Shown: piece after piece, positions 36,950-46,690 of the stretch
Numbering within the stretch: the first letter of the stretch is position 1
Layout of the letters: every line of letters begins with the position of its first letter
Assembly: GCA_037442105.1 (NCBI GenBank)
Contig: JBBIQV010000008.1
Coordinates: 1-64,000, forward strand
Direction: 5' to 3'
Length of the DNA stretch: 64,000 bases
Origin: Nitrospiraceae bacterium
GTDB taxonomy: Bacteria > Nitrospirota > Nitrospiria > Nitrospirales > Nitrospiraceae
Notes under the pieces: generated by a model
Told to the model about the DNA's origin: nothing
Databases searched by the model: none
What the model saw: the letters and a program-made list of their open reading frames with translations, nothing else
Translations under genes and position numbers: made by a program

Positions 36950-38422
36950 GTGCGCCTATCGATCTTTTGGAGGTTGGTCCTCACCTCCCTGATCATCATT
37001 ACCGTCATGGCCGGGGTGAACCTCTACGCGCTTTATCAACTTCGGCAGCTCACGGCCCTGAGTACAGAAATGGTCTCTTACCACTACCCCGCCATCGAGA
37101 CCGCGAAACACCTCTTGAGTTCGTTGTACGGGCAGTTGCAGAACGAAAAGAAATTTGCGGCCGTTCATGACGCCACGTTTCTACGAAATTTCGAAGAAGA
37201 AGTTGAAGAATTCCAGCGTACGTCGCAGGCGCTGCAGCGACAAGAGACTTCCCCCCAGGGACAAAAGCTCCTCCACGAGATCGAACGGCTGCAGCAAGAG
37301 CGCTTGACACTCTTTCGCGAGACGTTCCAGTCGCCTGACGAACCCCCTCAGACCCCTCCTGCTAGCTATGAGGGCCGGCGGGACGGACTCACGGATCGCA
37401 TGACGTCTGCGCTCCAGAGCTATATCGCGACGCACGAGGCGCGGGTGAGCGTGGGAGTCAGCGAATCCCGCTCGAGCGCCGCCCAGGCTCAGGCGGTAAC
37501 AGAGCAACTTGTGCTGGTGGCGTTGTTGTTCGGGCTAGGGCTGGCCGGGATCGCGAGTTACACCATCTTGCGACCGCTCCGGCACCTTCAAAGCCATATC
37601 AAACAAATCGGACAGGGCAATTTTGGAACACCTCTTCAGATCAAGGCGCCCACCGAATTGCGCGACTTGGTCGACACGGTCAACTGGATGGGGCAAAAGC
37701 TGCAGCAGTTGGACGATATGAAGTCCGAGTTCCTGGCACATGTCTCGCACGAGTTGCGCACGCCGATGGCGTCACTGCAGGAGGGCACGAACCTCCTGTT
37801 GGATGAGATTCCAGGCCCGTTGACTCAGGATCAACGCACAACCCTGCGCATCATGTCCGATAGCAGCCGGCGGCTTATACATCTGATCAGTACCATCTTG
37901 GACCTCTCCAAGATGGAAGCTGGAATGATGGAGTACCGGATTATCCCGACGGACCTCAGGCGGGTGGTGGATATCTCCGTCAACAAGATCCGCCTCTTAG
38001 CCGATGCGAAACACGTTCAGCTCCTGGTTGAGGCGGAAGGGGACCGCATATGGGTCAAGGCCGACGCGGCTAGAATTGAACAAGTCCTCGATAATCTTCT
38101 CTCCAACGCATTAAAATTCAGTCCAGAGGGGGCGATCGTCAAACTGCACATGAAACGAGACGGACGATCCGGCATCCTGGTGGTTTCCGTTATTGATGCG
38201 GGACCAGGTATCGCTGCCGCAGACCTTCCGCATATCTTCGAGCGGTTTTATCAAGGCCGGACAAAGGAAAAACATACATCAGCCGGAAGCGGACTTGGCA
38301 TGGCCTTGGCCAAGAAAGTAGTCGAAGCCCATGGTGGTCGGATCTGGATCGAGAGTGAGGTCGGGAAGGGCACCACTGTACGCTTTACCCTTCGCTTGAC
38401 AAAGCCGGAGGGGAGCGCATGA
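36950..38422 (+). CDS. HAMP sensor histidine kinase, GlrK/QseE-like
   Basis: Two TMs, HAMP, VSHELRTP, NLLSNALKF, DAGPGI, GSGLG. Confidence 0.92.
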   Translation: MRLSIFWRLVLTSLIIITVMAGVNLYALYQLRQLTALSTEMVSYHYPAIETAKHLLSSLYGQLQNEKKFAAVHDATFLRNFEEEVEEFQRTSQALQRQETSPQGQKLLHEIERLQQERLTLFRETFQSPDEPPQTPPASYEGRRDGLTDRMTSALQSYIATHEARVSVGVSESRSSAAQAQAVTEQLVLVALLFGLGLAGIASYTILRPLRHLQSHIKQIGQGNFGTPLQIKAPTELRDLVDTVNWMGQKLQQLDDMKSEFLAHVSHELRTPMASLQEGTNLLLDEIPGPLTQDQRTTLRIMSDSSRRLIHLISTILDLSKMEAGMMEYRIIPTDLRRVVDISVNKIRLLADAKHVQLLVEAEGDRIWVKADAARIEQVLDNLLSNALKFSPEGAIVKLHMKRDGRSGILVVSVIDAGPGIAAADLPHIFERFYQGRTKEKHTSAGSGLGMALAKKVVEAHGGRIWIESEVGKGTTVRFTLRLTKPEGSA

Positions 38423-39198
38423 TCCATACCGCCGCTATCTTCATCCGTCTGTTCCCACTCCTTGCCTGTTTCGCGTGGGGTTGCGCGTCGCTGAGTTCTC
38501 CCCCTCCGCCGTCTTCGCCATTGTTCACCGTCGAGGCAAGTGAAGCGAAAACCTTGCACAACTTGGGGCGCAAACAGGAGGCCTTGATCGCTAAGTGCGA
38601 AGAGACAAGTTCCTGCGATCATACCTATTTCACTCGCGCCCTGGTCGCTTTATTTGAGAATCGCGAGACCGCGGCCAAATACTTCGAGAAGGTCATTGCG
38701 GTCTCGCCGAAGAGCCAGCTTGCTGCTTCCAGTAAACTGTGGATTCAGCTTCTGCAGTCAACCTCGTCGTCCGCTGAACCCTCCTGGTTGCAGGCAGTTC
38801 TTGCCGCGCCCTCGATTTCGGAGAATAGCGCTGCGTTAACCCAGGCAACAGGGCGCCTGGTTCGAGACTTGCTTGATCGGGAGGTCATGATCCAACAGTT
38901 ACGCGTGACAAAGGAATCCGATAGCCAGGCGGTCGAAGCCCTGCAACGTGAGCTACTGGGCCGCGACAAAAAGCTTGATGCGCTTACGCCGAAACGCGAA
39001 CCGCCCCGTCCCGCATCGGATACGGTCACATTGCAGACGTTGCAGAAACAATTGCATGACCGTGACAAGCGCATTGAGGAGCTCACCAGCCAACTTGAGG
39101 CATTGAAACGGATCGACCAGGAAATGCGGGAAAAACTTCGCCCGATCAAACCGCCTCCGCACACGCTCCATTCACCAAGCTCGGAGACTAAACCATAG
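38419..39198 (+). CDS. Coiled-coil lipoprotein, QseG-like by position
   Basis: Lipobox AWGC; C-terminal LTSQLEALKRIDQEM; sits between kinase and regulator. Confidence 0.75.
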   Translation: MIHTAAIFIRLFPLLACFAWGCASLSSPPPPSSPLFTVEASEAKTLHNLGRKQEALIAKCEETSSCDHTYFTRALVALFENRETAAKYFEKVIAVSPKSQLAASSKLWIQLLQSTSSSAEPSWLQAVLAAPSISENSAALTQATGRLVRDLLDREVMIQQLRVTKESDSQAVEALQRELLGRDKKLDALTPKREPPRPASDTVTLQTLQKQLHDRDKRIEELTSQLEALKRIDQEMREKLRPIKPPPHTLHSPSSETKP

Positions 39199-39202
39199 GT
39201 AC

Positions 39203-40612
39203 ATGATGGACCACGAACGAATTCTTGTTGTGGATGATGACGAAGGTCTGCTCCACCTGTTGAAGATGCGGCTCACCGCGATGGGGTTCGAGGTCACTCC
39301 CTGCACAAGTGGGCAGGAGGCGCTCGCCATCACGCGGCGCGAGGTCTTTGATCTGGTTGTGACCGACCTGCGATTGAGGGGGGAGAACGGATTGGATGTG
39401 ACTGAGGAGTTGTTGCGGATTCATCCGGGGTTGCCGGTGGTCATTCTGACCGCCCACGGCAGCATCCCCAACGCCGTTGAAGCGATGCAGCGCGGCGCCT
39501 TCGGATATCTGACTAAGCCTTTCGATGATAAGGAGCTGAAGGCGACTCTCGAAAAAGCGCTGTCCCAGCAACGGATGAGTCGGGAGATCCAGCGACTCAA
39601 GTCGCTGGTCAAAGAACTCTACGGGATCGAGAATGTGATTGCGAGAAGCCCCGCTATGCAGCGGCTGTTCCAGCAAGTGGCCCAGGTGGCTGACTCGGAT
39701 GCCACGGTTCTCTTGTGCGGAGAGACGGGGACAGGCAAGGAAGTCCTCGCGCGGGTCATTCATACGAATAGCCGACGCTCCAAAGGCCCCTTCATCGCGC
39801 TGAATTGCGCCGCGATTCCGGAAACCCTGTTTGAAAGTGAATTGTTCGGCCATGTACGGGGGGCGTTCACCAGCGCTCACGGTCCTAAACGCGGACTGTT
39901 CCAAAGCGCGCATGGCGGAACGCTTTTCTTGGACGAGATCGGCGACATGCCGCTCGGCATGCAGGTGAAACTGTTGCGTGCCGTGCAGGAGCGTGAGGTC
40001 CGTGAGGTCGGAGCGGAGCACTCAACTAAAGTCGATGTCAGAATCCTCGCTGCTACGAACAGAGATCTCGGTGAAGCAGTCAAAGTAGGGAGTTTTCGCA
40101 ACGATCTGTATTACCGGATTTCTGTTGTTCCGTTACAGATTCCGCCGCTTCGCGAGCGGCGTGATGATATTCCGTTGTTGGCTCAGCATTTTCTGAAATT
40201 GAGCGCGAAGCGGATCAACAAAGACATCCGCGGGTTCACACCGGCTGCGATGCAGCGGTTGATGGTCTATACCTGGCCTGGCAACGTGCGCGAACTTGAA
40301 AATGCCGTTGAAAAGGCTGTGGTGATGTCTCGTCAAGACATGGTGACTCCCGACCTTCTTCCGACAAACGGAATTACTCAGGAGGCCCCGCTCAAGCCAC
40401 TCACAGAGGCTAAAGAAGAGTTTGAAAAAGCGTATCTGAAAAATCTTCTGCAAATGACCGGCGGCAATATCTCCCGCGCAGCGCAATTTGCCGGCCGCTA
40501 TCGGGCCGACTTCTACAAGATGTTGAGAAAATACGGCCTCCATCCTTCTTCCACAAAAGGCAAGCCGGAATCTCAGCTTGATGAGCTGGAAGAGGATCTG
40601 AAGGAAGCCTAG
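39203..40612 (+). CDS. Sigma54-dependent response regulator, GlrR/QseF-like
   Basis: REC, GETGTGKE, ELFGHVRGAFTSA, WPGNVRELEN, HTH GNISRAAQFAGRYRADFYKML. Confidence 0.92.
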   Translation: MMDHERILVVDDDEGLLHLLKMRLTAMGFEVTPCTSGQEALAITRREVFDLVVTDLRLRGENGLDVTEELLRIHPGLPVVILTAHGSIPNAVEAMQRGAFGYLTKPFDDKELKATLEKALSQQRMSREIQRLKSLVKELYGIENVIARSPAMQRLFQQVAQVADSDATVLLCGETGTGKEVLARVIHTNSRRSKGPFIALNCAAIPETLFESELFGHVRGAFTSAHGPKRGLFQSAHGGTLFLDEIGDMPLGMQVKLLRAVQEREVREVGAEHSTKVDVRILAATNRDLGEAVKVGSFRNDLYYRISVVPLQIPPLRERRDDIPLLAQHFLKLSAKRINKDIRGFTPAAMQRLMVYTWPGNVRELENAVEKAVVMSRQDMVTPDLLPTNGITQEAPLKPLTEAKEEFEKAYLKNLLQMTGGNISRAAQFAGRYRADFYKMLRKYGLHPSSTKGKPESQLDELEEDLKEA

Positions 40613-40720
40613 CCCCCCTCGCCAGAGAAATCTCTTCTTCCACCATCAGCATCTTCGTCCGGCGCCGCGTTGTTTGCCGCGATTCATTGACACCTCGTAG
40701 CCATTTGTTAGTCTGGGCTG

Positions 40721-42331
40721 ATGTTACGGCGTAAGCCAAGGTTGTGTGCCTGTGCACTGAGATTCGTTCTTGCTGCCGCCGCCTTCGTCTTGATGCTTCC
40801 TCTTGCCTATGCTCAAACTCCGCCGAGCACCGAAACCTTCGATCTGAGTCTTTCGAAGGGCCTCATCGAGTTCGGCAAGGGACGGTACGAGAAAGCGGTC
40901 GAGCAATTTGAGCGTGCGGTGGCGGCTGTCCCCGATGATATTGACGCGCGTGATTACCTGGGCCAAGCTTTGCTGCGACTTAAGAAGCCTCAGGAGGCTC
41001 TCGCGATTTTTCAACAACTAGTAGAGGAGGATCCTTCGTCAGGACGGGCGCTGTTGGGATTAGGCATCGCTCAAATCAGTCTTGGCCGATACGAGGAAGC
41101 TCTCAAAAGTTTGAACGCAGCGGAACGCGTTCTGCCCGACAATGCCTTGGTTTATTATTACCAAGGCATGGTGCATCACCAGCTTCAAGCCTTCAACCAA
41201 ACGCCGGCTTTGTTTTCCCGCGCGATGGCGCTGAGTCCTGACTTGACTCCTTCTGCACGGTATTACACGGGCATCGCCTATTACCAGCGAGGCTTGCTCG
41301 AAGACGCCCAAAGAGAATTCCGGGAAGCCATCGCCGGCGGAGAGCCAGAGTCCGAACTCGCCCGTTCTGCTCGGGAATTCCTGGAGTACAAGGGTGAGCT
41401 TCCGAAAGAACCTCGGAAGTGGGATCTGAGTCTGAGCATAAGCGAACAATATGACAGCAACGTGGTTCTTCTTCCGATCGGCACCCAGCCTCCCGGTGGG
41501 GATGGAACCACCGGCATCTCTCGAAAGGACGATTTCCGAACGACATTCTACGCTCGCGGCGAGTACCGGCCTATTCAGACCAAGGATTGGACGGCAGGGG
41601 CAACCTATGGCTTTTACCAAAGCGTGCACCGAACCCTGAGCCTGTTTAACGTTGAAGACCATTCCCCATCCCTCTTTGTAGCTCGTCAAATGGGAGCGGT
41701 TCAAACTCGATTCCAGTATATATTCGACTATGTCAAGGTCGGCCAATCGCCCTATCTCATCGCGCATGCGCTCCAACCAATCGTCACGATCGCCGAGGAA
41801 GGCAATATGTTTACGCAGTTTCAATTTCGCTACCAGCACAAAGACTTCCAGCATGGTCTTTTCCCTGGAAACTCTGCTCGTGACGGCAAGAATTGGCTGG
41901 CAGGAGTGGCCCAGTACGTCTATTTTGCGGAGGGGGCCGGCCACTATCGCGTCGGCTATACCTTCGACACGGATAGAACCGGAGGAGGTTCTCCTTCGGT
42001 TGCCACGCCTGGTGATCAGACAAATGCAGATTGGGCCTATAAGGCTCATCGTTTGTCGATGTCTGTGTCGGCACCTCCTGTGCTTACGATTAATCCGAGT
42101 GTAGCCTTTGATTACTACCGGCAGGAATACGAAAAACCTAATTCCTTTTCGGAGACCGGAGCCACGCGCCGGCGCGATAACATTCTCTTCTTTACGGCGA
42201 CGCTCGGTCGCAATCTCACCGACTCAATTTCCATCGCATTGGAATACAACTATACTCGCGACGAATCCAACATCTTGGTTTTTAACTATGCCCGCAGCAT
42301 TTATTCGCTGACCCTCAGCGGTCATTTCTAG
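40721..42331 (+). CDS. Exported TPR protein with C-terminal outer-membrane beta-barrel
   Basis: Signal peptide, multiple TPRs, then EQYDSNV and alternating aromatic strands, terminal Phe (LTLSGHF). Confidence 0.85.
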   Translation: MLRRKPRLCACALRFVLAAAAFVLMLPLAYAQTPPSTETFDLSLSKGLIEFGKGRYEKAVEQFERAVAAVPDDIDARDYLGQALLRLKKPQEALAIFQQLVEEDPSSGRALLGLGIAQISLGRYEEALKSLNAAERVLPDNALVYYYQGMVHHQLQAFNQTPALFSRAMALSPDLTPSARYYTGIAYYQRGLLEDAQREFREAIAGGEPESELARSAREFLEYKGELPKEPRKWDLSLSISEQYDSNVVLLPIGTQPPGGDGTTGISRKDDFRTTFYARGEYRPIQTKDWTAGATYGFYQSVHRTLSLFNVEDHSPSLFVARQMGAVQTRFQYIFDYVKVGQSPYLIAHALQPIVTIAEEGNMFTQFQFRYQHKDFQHGLFPGNSARDGKNWLAGVAQYVYFAEGAGHYRVGYTFDTDRTGGGSPSVATPGDQTNADWAYKAHRLSMSVSAPPVLTINPSVAFDYYRQEYEKPNSFSETGATRRRDNILFFTATLGRNLTDSISIALEYNYTRDESNILVFNYARSIYSLTLSGHF

Positions 42332-42718
42332 AGCGGTCTCAAGCGGCTGCTCACCGTGGTTCTCCCGAGCCACCCTCCTTTCATCTAAACCGACACGAGA
42401 GAAGAACAACGGCGCTTGAAGCGCGCGTTGTTGTCGTTCATGCGTAATCGAAAAGTATCTCACCGGACAAGTTTGTTCGCGCCGAAATTTGTCGGGATAA
42501 GAGACGGACTTTGCCCTCGATTTCCCCCCGATAAACTAAAGTCTGGCACCCAGTACTTAAGAGGAATAAGGCCACCTTGGCCCTGAATTTATGCGGGGTT
42601 TTGTCGGAAGGGTCGAGAGGCTTTCGAAAGAGCGACCGATGGGTCACAAGGTACGATTTGTGCGAAGACCATAGCGAGGTTTCGGTCATTTCCAGCGATG
42701 GAAAGAAAGAGGTGCGAG

Positions 42719-44362
42719 ATGAAGACACGAAGGTCACGGATGATTGTCGTGGTTTTTGGAACGATTTGTTTGAGCTGGTCCCTAGCGTTCGCGCAGGATA
42801 GCCCCGGTCAGAGCATAGGCCTGTTCACTGCTGCACAAGGCAATGTGACCGTTACTCATCCAGGCACGGCTCGTGTACAACCAGTCAATGTCCATGATGA
42901 AGTTCTGTTCAGAGACGTGATTGAAACCCAAAACGAATCGAGAACGAAAGCGTTCTTTGAGGATGACAGCATTCTCACCGTTGGAGAAAACAGTAAAGTC
43001 GAAATCACCGAATACATCTATAAACCTGATCAAAACACACGTCGGACCGTGGTTAAACTCCTTCAAGGACAGCTCCGAGCGCTGGTGTCGAAGGTGTTTA
43101 CAGGATCAGGCTCGAAGTTTGAAATTCATACTCCCACGGCTGTAGCGGCGGCGCGTGGGACCTATTTCGTGGTTTGGTTCGAAGACGGAGTGAGCGGCAT
43201 CGCGAACATCGGACATTCCGGTCGCGTAGCCTTCACATCGGGGGGGACGGAGATCATTGTCGATCCGGGCAGATTTTCCACTGCTGTGGCGGGAGGAGTT
43301 CCGACACAGCCGCATGGTATCAGTACAGGCCTTCCTGGTACCGAGCACGGTGAGCTGAAGGCCGAGGAGAAGATCCAACAAACAGAGGAAACAGAGGAAA
43401 AGGTGGTGGGGAAGATTCAACAAGCAGAGGAAAAGGTAACTGAGAAAACACTGCAAGCGGAAGAAGAAGGGAAAAAGGCAGTGGAGAAGATCCAATCGAC
43501 AGAGGAAAAGGCGAATGAAAAGACACGACTAAAAGAAGAAGAGGCGACGGAAAAGAGAATCAAGCGGGTAGACAAGAACCTCGCGGCAGAGATCGTTGAA
43601 AGGACGGAGAAAAGGGAGGTGGAGAAGCACGATCGCGCGAAGGGAAAGATCGATAATGGAACGGCGGCCACTCTCGCCAGAGTCATGAAAGCGGTCGAGG
43701 GAACTGTACTAAAAGATACTCCCAAGCGCGAGGCACCCAAAGATGCCATCCGTGCATTTCATCATGCCCCACATGTAAGCCCACTGGTTTCTGCCATCGC
43801 AAAGCCGGCGCCGGGGACCAAACAGACTCGGTCCGGTAAATCCGATAACATCGAATCCGACACAGCCAAGGAAAAGCCTGTCCGTGGTCGTAATGATAAC
43901 GAGCCGGCGATCACCCAGGCGATGACCGAAGGTTCACCGACAACTTCACTTGCCTCCTCGACCGGGGCAAACCCGGCTCCTGCGGTGCCGGTCGCCTCGG
44001 CTGGGTCTGGGCCGATGGCAGGTCCGGCAGCACCAAATGTCAGCGCGGCTCCGACCACTGTGGTGCTTGCGGCACCGGCTGCCCCCGCCGTGGCGGTTGT
44101 TCCAGCGGCCCCGGTTGTGCCTGTTGTTCCGGCGGCGCCAGTGGTGCCTGTAGTTCCGGCCGCCCCTGCTGTGGCGGTCATTCCAGCGGCCCCGGTTGTT
44201 TCCGTACCAGCGCCAGCTCCGGTAACGCCGACCGTCAAAGTGGCGCCTATCACCCCCCCGGCCGTTATCTCGGGAGCATCTGAGCACATTAACCGGGAGC
44301 GTGAAAATCGGGAACGTGAGAACCGTAATCGTGAGCGCGACCGTCAGCGCGGTAGAAGATAG
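42719..44362 (+). CDS. Exported FecR-domain protein with long low-complexity C-terminal extension
   Basis: Signal peptide; D.IET...F.DDSILTVGENS, FEIHTPTAVAAARGT; Glu/Lys-rich repeats, PAAPVVPVV repeats, RE/RN tail. Confidence 0.88.
   Translation: MKTRRSRMIVVVFGTICLSWSLAFAQDSPGQSIGLFTAAQGNVTVTHPGTARVQPVNVHDEVLFRDVIETQNESRTKAFFEDDSILTVGENSKVEITEYIYKPDQNTRRTVVKLLQGQLRALVSKVFTGSGSKFEIHTPTAVAAARGTYFVVWFEDGVSGIANIGHSGRVAFTSGGTEIIVDPGRFSTAVAGGVPTQPHGISTGLPGTEHGELKAEEKIQQTEETEEKVVGKIQQAEEKVTEKTLQAEEEGKKAVEKIQSTEEKANEKTRLKEEEATEKRIKRVDKNLAAEIVERTEKREVEKHDRAKGKIDNGTAATLARVMKAVEGTVLKDTPKREAPKDAIRAFHHAPHVSPLVSAIAKPAPGTKQTRSGKSDNIESDTAKEKPVRGRNDNEPAITQAMTEGSPTTSLASSTGANPAPAVPVASAGSGPMAGPAAPNVSAAPTTVVLAAPAAPAVAVVPAAPVVPVVPAAPVVPVVPAAPAVAVIPAAPVVSVPAPAPVTPTVKVAPITPPAVISGASEHINRERENRERENRNRERDRQRGRR
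44075..44209 (+). repeat. 27-nt coding tandem repeat (5 x PAAPxVxVV)
   Basis: PAAPAVAVV PAAPVVPVV PAAPVVPVV PAAPAVAVI PAAPVVSVP. Confidence 0.85.
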
Positions 44363-44370
44363 TAACCTCA

Positions 44371-44393
44371 GGGGCTCTGCTTCGCAGAGCCCC
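44371..44393. terminator. Perfect hairpin after the FecR gene
   Basis: GGGGCTCTGC-TTC-GCAGAGCCCC; no U-tract. Confidence 0.5.
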
Positions 44394-44527
44394 GCATCCT
44401 CCACTCCTTGTGCTTTGACTGCATCTTTCCTTGTCCTCCCAACCGAACCGTGCAATATCTATTTCTCAAGGAATCGGAACAGCGGTCACTGTGCGTGACG
44501 AAAAACCGATTCGATAAGAAGGGCAAA

Positions 44528-46690
44528 ATGGCCCTGCTCTGGCGACCAAAGATAGCGATCGGCCATCGTCTGGGAATTGGCGTGCGGATCGGCCTCACCA
44601 TTCTCATGGCTTGGCTGTCGTGGCTCGGGCCGGGCCCGTTGATCAGACTTGAGAATACCTTCCTCGACTCCCAGTTCAAGCTTCGCGGCACACGATCAGT
44701 CGGCCAAGAGGTTGTGCTGGTTGTGATAGACGAACGAAGCCTGCAGGAACTCGGGCGATGGCCTTGGTCTCGCGACAAGCAAGCTCAATTGGTGAGCGAG
44801 ATCGGAATGGGGGGCGCGAAGGTGGTGGGGCTCGACCTTATCTATGCCGAGGCTGAGACAGGAGAGATTTTACGCGATGTACGGAAAATCATCTCAACAA
44901 CACAATCGACTGGTACTCTCCCTGTGGCCTCGCAACAGATTCTGGAAAGAATGCTGGAGGTTGCTGATGCAGACCGCCAGTTCGCAAACAGTCTGCGTGC
45001 TGCCCACAATGTAGTGTTGGCTTTCCCGCTCATCGTGCCGGAGACACGATTGGCTCAACAGGATGTCCTGCAAAAAGCCGATCCGCTGCAGGTGATCAAG
45101 AAGAGCGAATTCATGCTCGTGAGGCAGGCAAGCAACCGCGAAGCATTGCAACCATACCGGGCCACTGCCGCACTTCCCCCTCTTGCACCGTTCGTTGACG
45201 AGGCCGTCGGCCTCGGGCATGTCTATACCCTTCCCGACCCGGATGGCGTGACGAGGCACGAGTATGTGGCGCTCCGGTATGGAGATGCGTATTACCCGTC
45301 CTTTGCGCTCGAGATCGCTCGTTCTTACCTGGGGGTTCCAAGGGAGCGCATGTCCTTGGTCCTTGAGGAAGGGGTGCATTTCGATGACGTCGTGATCCCC
45401 ATCGATCAGAGAGCGAGGATGCTCATTAATTACGCCGGACCTGAACGGAGCTTTCCGTACGTCTCTGCCACAGACGTCATCCATAAGCGCGTGCCGCCGG
45501 AAATATTTAAGGGGAAAGCCGTCCTCGTCGGGGGCACAGCACTCGGGACGTACGATCAGAAAGCCACTCCCTTATCGGCCAATTTCCCCGGCGTGGAAAA
45601 GAACGCGACGGTTGTCGAGAACATCGTTCACCGTCAGTTCTTGCGCAGAAGTGTCTGGTGGTCCGGTCCACTCGAAATCAGTCTGGTCCTCCTTTTTGGG
45701 TTGACTCTTACCTATGCCCTCCAGAACTTGCGGGCCTTGCCGGGGACCGTTATAACCGGAACGGCCTTTCTGGGATATCTCGCGACGTCAGAATATCTGT
45801 TCATCTCACAGGGCACATCGATTCCCGTCATTACCCCGCTGTTGACCATCGCTCTGGTGTTCATTGCGAGTACGATCTCGAGTTTCATAGCGAAAGAAAA
45901 ACAAGCTAAAGACGTCCGGGCTATGTTCTCTAGCTATGTCAGTCCGCGGATCGTTGAGGAATTGATGAGCTCTCCCTCAAAAGCCACCCTTGGCGGCCAG
46001 CGGAAGGAATTGACGATGCTGTTTGCCGATCTCACCGGATTTACGAGTTTCAGCGAAAAGCGCCCGGCCGAGGAAGTCGTGGCTCAGCTTAACGAGTATC
46101 TGGGCGCGATGACGGACATTGTGTTCCGTTGGAACGGCACGCTGGACAAGTTTGTCGGCGATGAGATCGTCGTCTTTTGGGGGGCACCCATGGATCAGCC
46201 GGACCATGCCGAACTTGCCATCAAATGCGCCCTCCACATGCAAAAGCGTTTGGGGGAACTCCAAGCAAAATGGAGGGCGGAAGGTAAAACCCAACTCGAC
46301 AATGGCATAGGCATCAACACCGGTGTTGCAGTAGTCGGCAATATCGGAGCAGAGGGTAAGAAGATGGACTATACCGTCATCGGCGACCAGGTGAATCTTG
46401 CGGCGCGATTCCAAGGGTTGACCCGGCGATTTGGCTGCTCGATTGTCGTGACGGAAAGTACGGCCGAGCGGATCAAAGGCCTCATCGAAGTAGAGGACTG
46501 CGGCGATAATCGTGGCCGCTTGGGGCATGTGCGCCTTAGAAAATTAGGTGCGGTAAAGGTCCGTGGGCGGGAGAAAATCGTTGGGGCGTACACGGTAGAA
46601 GCATTGCGACTGGGAGAAGCTTCGCAGGTAGAAGACACGACGGAAAGTCCGGCTATCGAGTCGGCGGAAGAAAGCTCTCAGGCGGCGTAG
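44528..46690 (+). CDS. CHASE2-domain class III adenylate cyclase
   Basis: VIDERSLQELGRWPWSR, DPDGVTR, PGVE; three TMs; FADLTGFT, DKFVGD, GINTG, YTVIGDQVNLAAR (Lys/Thr substrate residues of class IIIb adenylate cyclases). Confidence 0.92.
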   Translation: MALLWRPKIAIGHRLGIGVRIGLTILMAWLSWLGPGPLIRLENTFLDSQFKLRGTRSVGQEVVLVVIDERSLQELGRWPWSRDKQAQLVSEIGMGGAKVVGLDLIYAEAETGEILRDVRKIISTTQSTGTLPVASQQILERMLEVADADRQFANSLRAAHNVVLAFPLIVPETRLAQQDVLQKADPLQVIKKSEFMLVRQASNREALQPYRATAALPPLAPFVDEAVGLGHVYTLPDPDGVTRHEYVALRYGDAYYPSFALEIARSYLGVPRERMSLVLEEGVHFDDVVIPIDQRARMLINYAGPERSFPYVSATDVIHKRVPPEIFKGKAVLVGGTALGTYDQKATPLSANFPGVEKNATVVENIVHRQFLRRSVWWSGPLEISLVLLFGLTLTYALQNLRALPGTVITGTAFLGYLATSEYLFISQGTSIPVITPLLTIALVFIASTISSFIAKEKQAKDVRAMFSSYVSPRIVEELMSSPSKATLGGQRKELTMLFADLTGFTSFSEKRPAEEVVAQLNEYLGAMTDIVFRWNGTLDKFVGDEIVVFWGAPMDQPDHAELAIKCALHMQKRLGELQAKWRAEGKTQLDNGIGINTGVAVVGNIGAEGKKMDYTVIGDQVNLAARFQGLTRRFGCSIVVTESTAERIKGLIEVEDCGDNRGRLGHVRLRKLGAVKVRGREKIVGAYTVEALRLGEASQVEDTTESPAIESAEESSQAA

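Noticed and set aside
40582..40600. gagctggaagagga resembling the tRNA-Thr 3' end (island boundary for 40.7-48.2 kb)
   Set aside because: Short gapped match within codons for ELEED; no integrase; insufficient evidence.
42544..42560. TGGCAC as a sigma54 promoter for the FecR gene
   Set aside because: The -12 position reads TT rather than GC or GA. The upstream imperfect palindromes are suggestive but not enough to call.
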